A stretch of DNA of 40,647 nucleotides from Thermomicrobiales bacterium (GCA_041743205.1 JBGTNF010000149.1:1-40647); one strand, 5' to 3'; positions 26,760 to 36,643 are shown, counted from the stretch's first letter. Program-made: numbers and translations. Notes: a model not told the origin generated them from the letters alone.

Positions 26760-27953
26760 ATGATGTCGTGGCAAGCCGCGCGCCGGGTGCGGGACATGAA
26801 GACATCGGTCTTTTCGGAGATGAGTGATCTCTCGGTCGCCCACAGCGCCGTCAACCTGGGTCAGGGGTTCCCGGATTTCACGGGGCCGGCGTTCGTGAAG
26901 GACGCCGCGAAACGGGCCATCGACCGCGACCTCAACCAGTACGCGCATCCGCACGGCCGGCTGGAGCTGCGCGAGGCGATCGCCGACGATTGGGCCGATC
27001 GGTTCGCCCGCGAAGTCGATCCGCAGACCCAAGTGACCGTCACTTCCGGCGCGACCGAAGCAGTCTTCGATGCGATTCTGGCCATCATTGATCCCGGAGA
27101 CGAAGTCATCACGTTCGAGCCTGCCTACGATTCCTATCCCGCCAGCGTCCAGATGGCTGGCGGCACGATGCGGGCGGTCCGCCTCGATGTGCCGGGCTGG
27201 ACGTTTTCGCACGACGCCTTGCGGGCCGCCGTGACCGACCGGACGCGGATGATCCTGCTCAACACGCCGCACAACCCGACCGGCAAGGTGTTCAATCGCA
27301 ACGAGCTTCAAGCCATCGCCGAACTGGCGATCGAGCGGGACCTGGTCGTCGTTACCGACGAGGTCTACGACCGGATCGTCTACGACGGTGCCGTACATGT
27401 GCCGATCGCCACGCTGCCCGGCGTGTGGGAGCGCACGCTGACGATCAATTCGACCGGCAAGACGTTTTCGATGACGGGTTGGAAGATCGGCTACGCCGTC
27501 GGTCCCGTTCATCTCGTGGGCCCGCTGCGGTCGGTCCATCAGTTCGTGACATTCGCCACGTCGACACCGTTCCAGGCCGCCATGGTTGAGGCGATGGTTG
27601 AGGCCCGGAGCAACGGGTATTACGAAACGCTCGCCGCGGAGTATCGGCAGCGCCGCGACACGCTGCGCGACATCCTCGACGGCGCCGGGTTGCCGGTGGA
27701 ACCGGTTCAGGGTAGCTTCTTCCTGATGGCGTCGTACGCCGGGTTCGGCTTCGAGACCGATGTGGAGTTTTGCCGGTTCCTGATTACCCAGGCAGGCGTC
27801 ACAACGATTCCACCTTCATCGTTCTACGTAGATCCGGAATCGGCCCCCAGGCTGGTCCGCTTCTGCTTTGCGAAACAGCTTCCGACGCTGATCGAGGCGG
27901 GCAACCGGCTGGGTCGCGTCGACCTTCGTGGCCTGCGCATCGCGGCCGATTGA
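26760..27953 (+). CDS. Class I/II PLP aminotransferase (methionine/kynurenine aminotransferase-like)
   Basis: VNLGQGFPDF lies near the N-terminus. The PLP-lysine motif is NSTGKTFSMTGWKIGY. The C-terminus reads RFCFAK. GGGAG lies upstream of ATG 26760. Confidence 0.85.
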   Translation: MMSWQAARRVRDMKTSVFSEMSDLSVAHSAVNLGQGFPDFTGPAFVKDAAKRAIDRDLNQYAHPHGRLELREAIADDWADRFAREVDPQTQVTVTSGATEAVFDAILAIIDPGDEVITFEPAYDSYPASVQMAGGTMRAVRLDVPGWTFSHDALRAAVTDRTRMILLNTPHNPTGKVFNRNELQAIAELAIERDLVVVTDEVYDRIVYDGAVHVPIATLPGVWERTLTINSTGKTFSMTGWKIGYAVGPVHLVGPLRSVHQFVTFATSTPFQAAMVEAMVEARSNGYYETLAAEYRQRRDTLRDILDGAGLPVEPVQGSFFLMASYAGFGFETDVEFCRFLITQAGVTTIPPSSFYVDPESAPRLVRFCFAKQLPTLIEAGNRLGRVDLRGLRIAAD

Positions 27954-27972
27954 TTCGAGACAGGGGAAATGC

Positions 27973-28614
27973 GTGGTCAATGCAGTGGAACGTGTCGAAG
28001 CGAGCGGCGTTGTCGCAATCGTCCGGTTGAACGACTACTCGTCGGCCGTCGATTTGGTCAAGGCGCTGATGCAGGGCGGCATCGATGTCGTCGAATTCAC
28101 GTACACCAACCCGCGGGCCGGGGCTGCGGTCGAGGAGGTCAAGGCCGCGCTTGGTGATGACGTGCTGGCCGGAGCCGGAACCGTGCTCGATCCGGAAACG
28201 TGCCGCGCCGCGATCCTCCAGGGCGCCGACTTCATCGTGACCCCAACCACCAACGTCGAGACCATCCGCCTGAGCCAGAGATACGCGATCCCCACCGTGA
28301 TCGGCGCCTTCACCCCGACCGAGATCCTGACCGCCTGGGAAGCCGGCGCAACGTTCGTCAAGGTCTTCCCGGCCCGGGCCGTTGGTCCGCAGTACCTCAA
28401 GGACGTCAGCGGCCCGTTGCCCCAGCTGCGGTTGATCCCGACTGGCGGCGTGAGCGTCGAGAATGCCGGTGACTTCATCCGGGCCGGGGCCAGGGCGGTG
28501 GCGCTGGGCAGCAACCTGGTCGATGAGTCCTCGGTGGCGAACAAGGACTGGGCGACCCTGACCGCTCGTTCGCGGGCCGCGGTCGACGCGGTCAGGGCGG
28601 CGCGTACGTCGTAG
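27973..28614 (+). CDS. eda: KDPG/KHG aldolase (2-dehydro-3-deoxyphosphogluconate / 4-hydroxy-2-oxoglutarate aldolase)
   Basis: This is the inner part of ORF 27928..28614. The GTG start at 27973 follows AGGGGAA. Motifs are VVAIVR, VEFTYTNP, GAGTV, FIVTP, the Schiff-base lysine context FVKVFPA, and IPTGGV. Confidence 0.85.
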   Translation: MVNAVERVEASGVVAIVRLNDYSSAVDLVKALMQGGIDVVEFTYTNPRAGAAVEEVKAALGDDVLAGAGTVLDPETCRAAILQGADFIVTPTTNVETIRLSQRYAIPTVIGAFTPTEILTAWEAGATFVKVFPARAVGPQYLKDVSGPLPQLRLIPTGGVSVENAGDFIRAGARAVALGSNLVDESSVANKDWATLTARSRAAVDAVRAARTS

Positions 28615-28739
28615 GCGACAGCATGCGTGCGGGGCTCGTTGACGCCGTTTGTACACTGATGAGAGCGGATTCAAGATTAGAACGTCGAATGCCCGGACCC
28701 TCTCGCTCGCCACGCTGTTGTACTACTGGACACAATCAA

Positions 28740-29030
28740 ATGACCGACCAGGAAATTCGTCTGCCGCTGCTGAAGCGACTCGCCGAGCAGGCGATGTCCG
28801 ATCACGCCTTTCGTATCGCCGCGCGCGACGATCTTGACGCCGCGCTGATCCATTACGGGTACCAGCTCAACGACGCGGAGCTGCCGCTGGTCCACCAATT
28901 CCGGGACGCCCTCGCCGAGGCCGGCGTCGATCTGGCCCTGGCTTCCGAGCTGAGCCTGGACATCGACGACGACCTGACCATCGACGATCTGCACAGCATG
29001 CAGGCCGCCTTCGGCGATTCCACGAGGTAA
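28740..29030 (+). CDS. Small acidic protein of 96 aa with an NHLP/Nif11-leader-like helical N-terminus
   Basis: This is the inner part of ORF 28623..29030. The start is ATG 28740 with a weak SD. The sequence is MTDQEIRLPLLKRLAEQAMSDHAFRIAARDDLDAALIHYGYQLNDAELPLV..., followed by an Asp/Leu-rich tail with no Cys. Confidence 0.5.
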   Translation: MTDQEIRLPLLKRLAEQAMSDHAFRIAARDDLDAALIHYGYQLNDAELPLVHQFRDALAEAGVDLALASELSLDIDDDLTIDDLHSMQAAFGDSTR

Positions 29031-29154
29031 CACTTGAACGTACCCTGCGACGGCCGTCGCGAGGTATGGCCGATCGAACCCGCCACTCGGAAGGCAGTCA
29101 TTGCGCGTGAATATCGTCGGTAGTGGGCCAGTGCACGCGGAGTCGGGTTCGTGC

Positions 29155-29805
29155 TCACGTCCCGAACAAGCGATCACCGGCGTCGCCCAACCCGGGCCGG
29201 ATGAACCGGTTCGCGTCGAGTTCCCGATCCAGCGCAGCGACGTAGAGGTTGACGTCCGGGTGGTGGCGGTAAACGTTATCGGCGCCTTCCGGCGCCGCGA
29301 TGATGCCCACGAACTTGATCCAGCTCGCGCCCCACTCCTTGAGCACGCGGATCGCGTCCACCGCCGAGCCTCCCGTCGCCAGCATCGGGTCGAGCACGAT
29401 CACGAGGTCGTCCGGGCACACCGCCGGTAACTTGTTGTAGTAGCTGACCGGGGCGTGGGTTTCCTCGTCGCGATACATCCCGAGGTGCCAGACCCGGGCG
29501 TGGGGCAGCACATCGGCCGCCGCCTCCATCATGCCAAGCCCGGCCCGCAGGATCGGCACCAGGCCGATGTCGATCGTCACCCGGTCGCCAGCGGACGCTT
29601 CGAGCGGCGTGTTGAATGGCAGCCTCGTCGTCGGCAGGTCTTGGGTCGCCTCGTAGATCAGCAACGTGGTCAGTTCGCGCGCCAGCTCGCGAAACGTTTT
29701 CGTGTCGGTATCGACGTCCGAAAGCAGCATCTTCTTGTGTTTGATCAACGGGTGATCGCTGATGTGGAGCGTCGGCAAATCCGGTTTGCCGTGTCGTTCG
29801 TTCAT
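29155..29805 (-). CDS. upp: Uracil phosphoribosyltransferase
   Basis: The 216-aa protein has HPLIKHK near the N-terminus, VPILRAGLGM, the PRPP-binding motif VLDPMLATGGS, and the C-terminal IRPGLGDAGDRLFGT. Confidence 0.92.
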   Translation of the reverse strand: MNERHGKPDLPTLHISDHPLIKHKKMLLSDVDTDTKTFRELARELTTLLIYEATQDLPTTRLPFNTPLEASAGDRVTIDIGLVPILRAGLGMMEAAADVLPHARVWHLGMYRDEETHAPVSYYNKLPAVCPDDLVIVLDPMLATGGSAVDAIRVLKEWGASWIKFVGIIAAPEGADNVYRHHPDVNLYVAALDRELDANRFIRPGLGDAGDRLFGT

Positions 29806-29828
29806 CGAGTTCCCCTAACCGGCCGGGA

Positions 29829-30608
29829 TCAACGGCCCAGAACGCCCAGTTCCCGCAACAGCCCAAATCCGACCTCGGTGGCGCCTTCCGGGACGTATTC
29901 GAGGCTGACCCAGCCGTCGTACCCGGAATCGTCGATGATTCGGAACAACCCGGTAAAGTCGACCTCGCCAGTGCCCGGCTGATGGCGGCCCGGCACGTCG
30001 GCGATCTGGATGTGGCTGATTTCGCGGCCGTGTTCGGCGATGAACGCGAACGGATCCTCGCCCATCCGGATGGCGTGGTAGATGTCGTATTGCAGTCCAA
30101 CGTTCCGGGAGTCCAGCGCCGAGATCAGGTCGAGCGCCGATTGCGTGGTCGGCAAGGCGAAATCGGGCACGTCGAACGTGTTGACCGGTTCGATTGTCAA
30201 CTTCACCCCGATCTGCTCCAGCGCGCCGCCCGCCAGCTCGACGTTTTCGGCCAGCACAGCGAGGGCGAACTCCTGCGTTCCCAACTTGCCGGCCAGGCAG
30301 TTGATGCACGGTGGACGCAGAACCGTGGCGTAGTGCATCGCCAGCTTTAACCCTTCGGCGAATTCCTCGCGCCGGGCGGGTTGCGCGGCCACGCCCCGAT
30401 CACCGGCGGCCCAGTCGCCCGCGGGCAGGTTGATCAGGACGAGGTCGAGCGCGTTTCGCCGGAGCGCCTCTGCGATCACGTCCGGCGCTTCCACGTAGGG
30501 AAACAACACCTCGATCCCGGCGAAGCCGGCGGCGGCGGCTCGATCGAAACGTTCCAGCAGCGGATACTCTGTGAAGAGCATCGTGATGTTCGCGGCGAGT
30601 TTCGGCAT
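29829..30608 (-). CDS. hyi: Hydroxypyruvate isomerase family protein
   Basis: It is collinear with E. coli Hyi as I recall it. Matching segments are LAANITMLFTEYPLLERF, NLPAGDWAAGDRG, IEPVN, LQYDIYH, HIQIAD and GTGE. The length is 259 aa. Confidence 0.82.
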   Translation of the reverse strand: MPKLAANITMLFTEYPLLERFDRAAAAGFAGIEVLFPYVEAPDVIAEALRRNALDLVLINLPAGDWAAGDRGVAAQPARREEFAEGLKLAMHYATVLRPPCINCLAGKLGTQEFALAVLAENVELAGGALEQIGVKLTIEPVNTFDVPDFALPTTQSALDLISALDSRNVGLQYDIYHAIRMGEDPFAFIAEHGREISHIQIADVPGRHQPGTGEVDFTGLFRIIDDSGYDGWVSLEYVPEGATEVGFGLLRELGVLGR

Positions 30609-30734
30609 GCGAAATGCGTCCTTTCAACGGGAGTGGTGGGCGATGAACGATGACCTGACCAGCATTCTGCCAGACAACTACACAGCGTGGGAGGGCACGA
30701 CCAGGCCTTCGTGGGCAGGCCCTGACCGATCCCC

Positions 30735-32225
30735 GTGCTGACCGCCGCCAACATCGCCAAAGCGTATGGCGCGACGCGGGCCAACGACGATGTGTCGTTC
30801 GAGGTCGCGTCCGGCGAGATCGTCGGGTTGGTCGGCGAAAACGGCGCCGGGAAATCGACGCTGCTGTCGATCCTGGCCGGGTTCATCCGGCCAGACGCGG
30901 GCGCGCTCGCCGTCGATGGTCGAGCGGTCGCCTTCGCGTCGCCGGCCGATTCGCTGGCGGCCGGGATCGGGTTGGTGCATCAGCACCTGTCGCTCGTGCC
31001 GACGTTCACCGTCCGGGAACAACTGGAACTCGCCGGCTGGTCGTCGACTGCGTTGCCGGAGACGCTCGCCAATGACTTTCGTGGGAACGAGATCATCGAA
31101 CAGCTGTCCATGGGCCGGCGGCAACGGGTGGAAATCGCCCGGGCGTTGATCGTCGAACCAAGGGTACTGCTGCTTGACGAGCCGACCTCGATCCTGGCGC
31201 CGTCCGAGGTTGGCGCTTTGTTCGGCTCGCTCCGTCGGTTGCGCGAGTCGGGCATCGCGATCGTGATCGTGACACACAAGCTCCGGGAAGTGATGGCGAT
31301 GGCCGACCGGATCGTGGTCATGGCGAACGGCAGGACCAACGGCGCCTTCGCGCGGGCCGACGGCGAATGGGCGCCCGACACGGGCGGGGAAATCCTGCGG
31401 CGGATGTTCGCCTGGGATGAGGACGGCCTCCCGCCGGACGGCGCCGCTTCGGAAACAACCGTGGCGGATCAGGCAATGGGTCCGCCAGTCCTCCGCGTGT
31501 CCGGCCTGAACGCTCCCGCCGGGGACGGTTCTCGCCAGCTCCAGGGCGTCGAGTTCGACCTGGCGTCAGGTTGCATCCACGCAATTGCCGGCATCGCTGG
31601 CCAGGGGCAAGCCGAACTCGCCGAGGCGATCGCCGGCTATGGGGCGTGCGATGGCCGGATCAGCCTCGATGGGCTCGATCTCCAGCCGCTCTCCGCCGTC
31701 AATCGCGCGGCGCACGGCGTGGCCTTGCTGGTTGACGACCGGCTGGGCGAAGCGGCGATTGGGTCGTTTTCGCTGGCTGAGAACCTGGTCCTGAAACGCC
31801 CACGCAAGGCCGGCCTTGGGCGCAACGGATTCTTCCGGCGCCACCTGGTGACGAGTCATGCTCAATCGCTGATCGACGCCTGGGACATCGAGCCGACCGA
31901 CCCAAACGCCCGGTTGGGCTCTCTCTCAGGGGGCAACATGCAGCGCGTCCTGGCCGCGCGGGAAATCGAACGGGAACCTCGTGTCCTGATCGCGCTCAAT
32001 CCGGTTCAAGGGCTTGATGTCCAGACCGCCGACCTTCTATGGAGACGGCTTCGGCAGTTGTGCAATCAGGGCGCCACTGTTCTCGTGTTCACATCCGACC
32101 TGGATGAGGCGATGGCCCACGGGGACCGGTGCGCCGCCATCTTCGACGGGCGAGTGTCTCCATTCCTGGAGCCCACTTCGGCGGACCGGAGGGCGTTCGC
32201 GGCAATGATGGTGAACGGTTGGTGA
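30735..32225 (+). CDS. ABC transporter ATP-binding protein with duplicated nucleotide-binding domains (sugar/nucleoside importer type)
   Basis: NBD1 has GENGAGKST, LSMGRRQRVEIARAL and LLLDEPT. NBD2 has LSGGNMQRVLAARE and a degenerate Walker A. The GTG start at 30735 has no clear SD. Confidence 0.85.
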   Translation: MLTAANIAKAYGATRANDDVSFEVASGEIVGLVGENGAGKSTLLSILAGFIRPDAGALAVDGRAVAFASPADSLAAGIGLVHQHLSLVPTFTVREQLELAGWSSTALPETLANDFRGNEIIEQLSMGRRQRVEIARALIVEPRVLLLDEPTSILAPSEVGALFGSLRRLRESGIAIVIVTHKLREVMAMADRIVVMANGRTNGAFARADGEWAPDTGGEILRRMFAWDEDGLPPDGAASETTVADQAMGPPVLRVSGLNAPAGDGSRQLQGVEFDLASGCIHAIAGIAGQGQAELAEAIAGYGACDGRISLDGLDLQPLSAVNRAAHGVALLVDDRLGEAAIGSFSLAENLVLKRPRKAGLGRNGFFRRHLVTSHAQSLIDAWDIEPTDPNARLGSLSGGNMQRVLAAREIEREPRVLIALNPVQGLDVQTADLLWRRLRQLCNQGATVLVFTSDLDEAMAHGDRCAAIFDGRVSPFLEPTSADRRAFAAMMVNGW

Positions 32226-33304
32226 AATCCCATTTGGCGGGACGTGTCTCGGAAGCCAGCGTCGGGCGGGAACATCCCGCCAGCCGTCTGGCCCCGCCGC
32301 TGGAGTCCCTGCTCGCGCTGGGCTGCACGTTCGTGATCTCCGGCTTGGTGTTGCTGTTCACCGGCCACGATCCGGTCGACGCGTTCGGTGAACTGATTAC
32401 ACGAACCCTGTTTCGGACGAGCGGTCTTCAAGAGGTCGTCGTCCGGGCGGTTCCCCTGTTGCTGGCCGGCCTGGCCGTACTTGTGGCGGCCGAGGCCGGG
32501 CTCTGGAACATCGGGGTCGACGGCCAGGTGCTGGTCGGCGCCATGGCTGCGGCGGTGGCCGGAAGCTGGCTCGACGCCGGCGGGCGGCCATTGCTGTGGA
32601 GTGTCGCGATCGGAATCGGCGCCCTCGGCGGCGTGGCCTGGATGGCTGTCCCGGCCCTCCTCCGGATGCGCTGGGGTATCAACGAAATCGTGACGACGAT
32701 CATGTTCAACTACCTGGCGATCTCGCTGACGGCCTGGCTCGTCAAGGGTCCGTTCCGCGACGACTCGCTGGTGACGCCCCAAACGCCGATGATACTGCGA
32801 GAGTTGCGCTTCGCGTCCCTCGGCGACACCCGGATCCACGTCGGAATCTTTCTTGCCCTGGCGCTGTGGCTGGGGATTGCCGTCTGGTTGCGGCGGTCGG
32901 TCGCCGGGTTTGAGCTACGGGCGGTCGGAGCAAGTCCACGCGCCGCGCGTCACGCGATGATTCCGGTCGCCGCCGTGGTCCTCGTCGCGCTGCTGGCGAG
33001 CGGGGCCTTGGCAGGAATTGCCGGGGCCAACGACGTATTGTCGACCAAGGGCACGTTCCAGGCCGAGTGGAACCCCGAGTACGGCCTGAGCGCCTTCGCG
33101 CTGGTCTTCCTGGCGCGACGCAACGTGTACGCCCTGCTTCCAGCCGCGCTTTTCCTCGGCGTGCTGGCCTACGGCGCAGATGTGATGCCGAGGGCGGCGG
33201 ACATCCCGCCGGCCTTCTTCTCGCTCTTCGAGGGCATCCTGTTGATGGTTTTCGCCGTGCTTCACTGGCGCCCCTGGTCACGCTGGACGGGCCGTTCCGA
33301 ATGA
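32222..33304 (+). CDS. ABC importer permease
   Basis: This is the inner part of ORF 32129..33304. GTG 32222 overlaps the ATPase stop (GTGA). It is a polytopic membrane protein with a WNIGVDGQ segment. Confidence 0.8.
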   Translation: MKSHLAGRVSEASVGREHPASRLAPPLESLLALGCTFVISGLVLLFTGHDPVDAFGELITRTLFRTSGLQEVVVRAVPLLLAGLAVLVAAEAGLWNIGVDGQVLVGAMAAAVAGSWLDAGGRPLLWSVAIGIGALGGVAWMAVPALLRMRWGINEIVTTIMFNYLAISLTAWLVKGPFRDDSLVTPQTPMILRELRFASLGDTRIHVGIFLALALWLGIAVWLRRSVAGFELRAVGASPRAARHAMIPVAAVVLVALLASGALAGIAGANDVLSTKGTFQAEWNPEYGLSAFALVFLARRNVYALLPAALFLGVLAYGADVMPRAADIPPAFFSLFEGILLMVFAVLHWRPWSRWTGRSE

Positions 33305-34236
33305 ACGTCGAAGCCGTCCTCACGGCCCTCCTTTCCGCCGCGATCCTGACTTCGGCGCCGCTGTTGCTCGCGGCGGTCGGCGAGGCGATTTCCCAGCGCG
33401 GGGGATTGCTCAACCTCGGCGTCGAAGGTTCGATGCTGGTCTCTTCGCTGGGCGCGTTCTGGCTGACGCTGGAAACGGGTTCGGGCGCCCTCGGCATCCT
33501 GCTCGGCGGGGTTATTGGCGTGCTGATCGGTGTCACCTTCGGCGTGCTGGCCACCCTTGGCCGGGCCGACCAGGTTGTGCTGGGGTTGGGCGTGACGCTG
33601 GCTGGAACGGGCGGCTCGGCGTTCATCTTTCGCGAACGCTACGGATCGGACCAACCGCTCATCGCCCAGGGAATGGGTCGTCCTTTCGAGGGGCTGCTCG
33701 ACTGGTTGCCGGTCATCGGTCCCGCCGTCGCCGATCAGCGCTGGTTCATCTACGTCGCCTGGTCATTGGTCATCGTGGCGCACGTCATGGTCACCCGTAC
33801 GGCATTCGGTCTCCGGATTCGCGCGGCTGGCGAGTTCCCGCTCGGGCTCGAGGCGGTCGGCGGCAACGTGGGCCGCGTCCGCATCGCCGCCGCCGCGATC
33901 GGAGGTCTGTTCAGCGGTCTCGGAGGCGCCTGCCTGTCGGTGGTCGAGCTTGGGTTTTTCAGTCCGGGCGTCACGGCGGGAGTCGGCTTCCTGGCCATCG
34001 CCGTGGCGATCTTGGGCCGCTGGTCACCTTTGCGCATCCTCGCCTTGTCTTTGCTCTTCGGGCTTCTGACCGGTTTGGACACCGGGTTGCAGATCGCCAG
34101 CGTCGGCATCCGGACCGAGTTCCTCAGCATGCTCCCCTACGCCGGGATCATCATCGCCCTCGTAGCCTTTGGACGCGGCGCCCGGATGCCTCGCGCGCTG
34201 GGCAAGCCGTGGACCGGGATCAGCGGATCGCGGTAG
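33301..34236 (+). CDS. ABC importer permease (second subunit)
   Basis: This is the inner part of ORF 33067..34236. ATG 33301 overlaps the preceding stop (ATGA). The N-terminus is MNVEAVLTALLSAAILTSAPLLLAAVGEAISQRGGLLNLGVEG. Confidence 0.85.
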   Translation: MNVEAVLTALLSAAILTSAPLLLAAVGEAISQRGGLLNLGVEGSMLVSSLGAFWLTLETGSGALGILLGGVIGVLIGVTFGVLATLGRADQVVLGLGVTLAGTGGSAFIFRERYGSDQPLIAQGMGRPFEGLLDWLPVIGPAVADQRWFIYVAWSLVIVAHVMVTRTAFGLRIRAAGEFPLGLEAVGGNVGRVRIAAAAIGGLFSGLGGACLSVVELGFFSPGVTAGVGFLAIAVAILGRWSPLRILALSLLFGLLTGLDTGLQIASVGIRTEFLSMLPYAGIIIALVAFGRGARMPRALGKPWTGISGSR

Positions 34237-34338
34237 GCAAGCGTTCGGCAACCTCGTACGATAGCCAATGGCGAGACCCCGTACGGGATTGCTCGCCGGT
34301 CGCAATGGCCGTCGAGGTGATCGCAAAGGTATTCCCGA

Positions 34339-35427
34339 ATGCACCGTCGTACACCCCAGCACCTTTCTATGGCGCGCCTTTCGTTCGCGGCGCTCGTCGC
34401 CACAATCCTGATCGCGCCTTCGTTCGTCGCCGGGCCGCTCGCGGCCGCGCAGGAGGCGGCGATCGAGCGTGTGGCGATCGTCACGCCCGCGAGCCGGACC
34501 AACCAGGGCTGGGACCAACAGGGCGTCGACAACCTCGTCGCGGTCGGCGAAGAGCTTGGGATCGAGGTCGAGGTCGTCGAGGATGCCGGCTACGACGACA
34601 TAACGCCGGTGCTCAATGCCCTCGCCGACGATGGCGTCGACCTCATCGTCTGTCACGCCTCCGGGTATCAGGCCGTGTGCCCGGAATTCGCCCAGACGTC
34701 CGGCGTGCCGGTCGTTGTAATCGAGAATCCCGGCGCCGTGGCGGATGGGCTCGTGGCCGACATTGAAACCCAGGCCCAGGAGGCTGCCTACCTGGCCGGC
34801 GTCGTGGCGGGACTGGAAACCACAACCAATACGGTCGCCGTGGTCGTCAGCGGCGAACCGCCAACCTGGAACTACATGACGGCCGGGTTCGCCGAGGGAC
34901 TGTCCTCGGTCAATCCCGACGCCACCTTGCTTTACCAGGTCATTGGCGAGGCTGCCTACGACGATGCCCCGAACGCCAAGCGCGTGACCGAATCCGTGAT
35001 TGCGGCGGGCGCCGATATCGTTTTCGGGATGGGCGACGGTGCCTCGTTCGGGATGATCCAGGCCATCAATGAGCACAACCAACGGCTGACGTCGCCCGAT
35101 GGCACGGTCCGGTTCATCGACGTGATCGGTGACAAGTCGGGGTCCGATGCCGGCGAGCACCTGTTGACCTCCGTGTTGTTCGATTACCGTCCGGCGTACA
35201 CGCAGCTCATCCAGCAACTCGCCGACGGCGCGTTCGGCGAGGTCTACACGATGGACCTGAAGAACGCGGGCGTACGGTTGCTGGATATGGCGGAGACCGC
35301 CGCCCCCGAAACCGTTGCCGAAGTCGAGGCGGCCCAGGCGGCGATCATCGACGGTTCGATCGAGGTTTCCGCGATCGGCAACGCCGACGGTGTGCGCGAG
35401 CTGCTCGACGAATTGTTCCCCCGGTAA
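34339..35427 (+). CDS. BMP-family (PnrA-like) ABC substrate-binding protein
   Basis: The N-terminal signal-like sequence is MARLSFAALVATILIAPSFVAG, with no lipobox Cys. BMP-like segments are VAIVTPASRTNQGWDQ, DLIVCHASGY and FGMGDGASFG. The start is ATG 34339 or 34369. Confidence 0.82.
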   Translation: MHRRTPQHLSMARLSFAALVATILIAPSFVAGPLAAAQEAAIERVAIVTPASRTNQGWDQQGVDNLVAVGEELGIEVEVVEDAGYDDITPVLNALADDGVDLIVCHASGYQAVCPEFAQTSGVPVVVIENPGAVADGLVADIETQAQEAAYLAGVVAGLETTTNTVAVVVSGEPPTWNYMTAGFAEGLSSVNPDATLLYQVIGEAAYDDAPNAKRVTESVIAAGADIVFGMGDGASFGMIQAINEHNQRLTSPDGTVRFIDVIGDKSGSDAGEHLLTSVLFDYRPAYTQLIQQLADGAFGEVYTMDLKNAGVRLLDMAETAAPETVAEVEAAQAAIIDGSIEVSAIGNADGVRELLDELFPR

Positions 35428-35452
35428 CCCTGTCAACGAGAGGAACGCCAGC

Positions 35453-36643
35453 ATGACGACGTGGCCGCGCATGAACATGGCCTCGGGCCCGGTCGACGTA
35501 ACCGCGGAAACGCTCCGCGCGATGCAGCGGCCGGTGCTCTACCACTACGACCCCGTCTTCATCGACATCTTCAGCCACACCACCGACTTGCTGAAGCGGG
35601 TGTTTCGCACCGACTACGACGTGGTGATCATGCAGGCCGAAGCCATCCTTGGCCTGGAGGCGGCGGTGGCGTCGCTCATATCGCCCGGCGACAAGGTGCT
35701 CAACGTCGTCTCCGGCGTTTTCGGCAAGTGGATGGAGGACTTCATCCGCAAGTACCGCGGAGACCCGGTCGAGCTCTCCGTTCCCTACAACGCGGCAGTC
35801 GATCCGGACGACGTCCGCCGGGTGCTTCAGACGATCCCGGACATCAGGTTCCTGACGGTCGTGCATTCGGAAACGCCCTCGGGCACCGTCAATGACGTGC
35901 GCGAGATTTGCCGGATCGCCCGCGAGTTCGGCGTGATCACGATCGTCGATACCGTCTCGGGATTGGGAAGCGAGCTGCTCAGCCCGGAAGACTGGGCGAT
36001 CGACGTGGCCGTGGCTGGCCCCCAGAAATGCCTTGGCGGCACCCCTGGCCTCTCGTTGCTTTCGGTGAGTCCGGAAGCCTGGGCGGCGATGGAGGCCCGC
36101 CCAGCGCCATTGCGGGCCTCGTTCCTCTCGGTCCTGGACTGGAAGACGACATGGATCGAGCAACGGCGCTTCCCGTACACCCCGTCGGTGATCGAGATCT
36201 ACGCGCTGGAATCGGTGCTGGAACAGGCGCTGCGGGAAGGCATGAAAGCGTTCGTCGCCCGGCACCAGGCGAGTGCGGCAGCCGCCCGCGCCGCCGTCAA
36301 AGCGCTGGGCCTCGAGCTCTGGGCCGAGTCGGAAGAGATCGCCACCGCGTGTTGCACGGCGGTCACCGTGCCCGACGGCGTCACCGATGCGGCAATCATC
36401 GACACGATGCGCTCACGGTACGGCGTGATGATCGCCGGCGGGTACGGCGAACTCACCGGGAAGCTGGTGCGGCTCGGGCACATGGGGCAGGCGGCGCACC
36501 CGACATCGATCATTGCCCAGGTCGGCATCTTCGAGCGGGCGTTGCTCGACCTCGGCGTGGCGTTTCCGCCCGGAGTCGGGGTCGGCGCCGCGATCGAGAG
36601 CTTTGCCGGCTGGGACGACGCCGCGGGCATTCACCCCATTTAG
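35453..36643 (+). CDS. Class V PLP aminotransferase (alanine/serine-glyoxylate aminotransferase-like)
   Basis: This is the inner part of ORF 35315..36643. ATG 35453 has GAGAGGAA 7 nt upstream. The N-terminus is MASGPVDV. Other segments are VVHSETPSG, IVDTVSGLG and the PLP-lysine context GPQKCLGGTPGLS. Confidence 0.85.
   Translation: MTTWPRMNMASGPVDVTAETLRAMQRPVLYHYDPVFIDIFSHTTDLLKRVFRTDYDVVIMQAEAILGLEAAVASLISPGDKVLNVVSGVFGKWMEDFIRKYRGDPVELSVPYNAAVDPDDVRRVLQTIPDIRFLTVVHSETPSGTVNDVREICRIAREFGVITIVDTVSGLGSELLSPEDWAIDVAVAGPQKCLGGTPGLSLLSVSPEAWAAMEARPAPLRASFLSVLDWKTTWIEQRRFPYTPSVIEIYALESVLEQALREGMKAFVARHQASAAAARAAVKALGLELWAESEEIATACCTAVTVPDGVTDAAIIDTMRSRYGVMIAGGYGELTGKLVRLGHMGQAAHPTSIIAQVGIFERALLDLGVAFPPGVGVGAAIESFAGWDDAAGIHPI

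Noticed and set aside
28655-28690. CTGATGAG followed by GAAC, which resembles a hammerhead ribozyme core
   Set aside because: No stem II hairpin can form between CUGAUGA and the GAA element. The GAAA box is imperfect, and I could not draw stems I or III. It is most likely a chance match.
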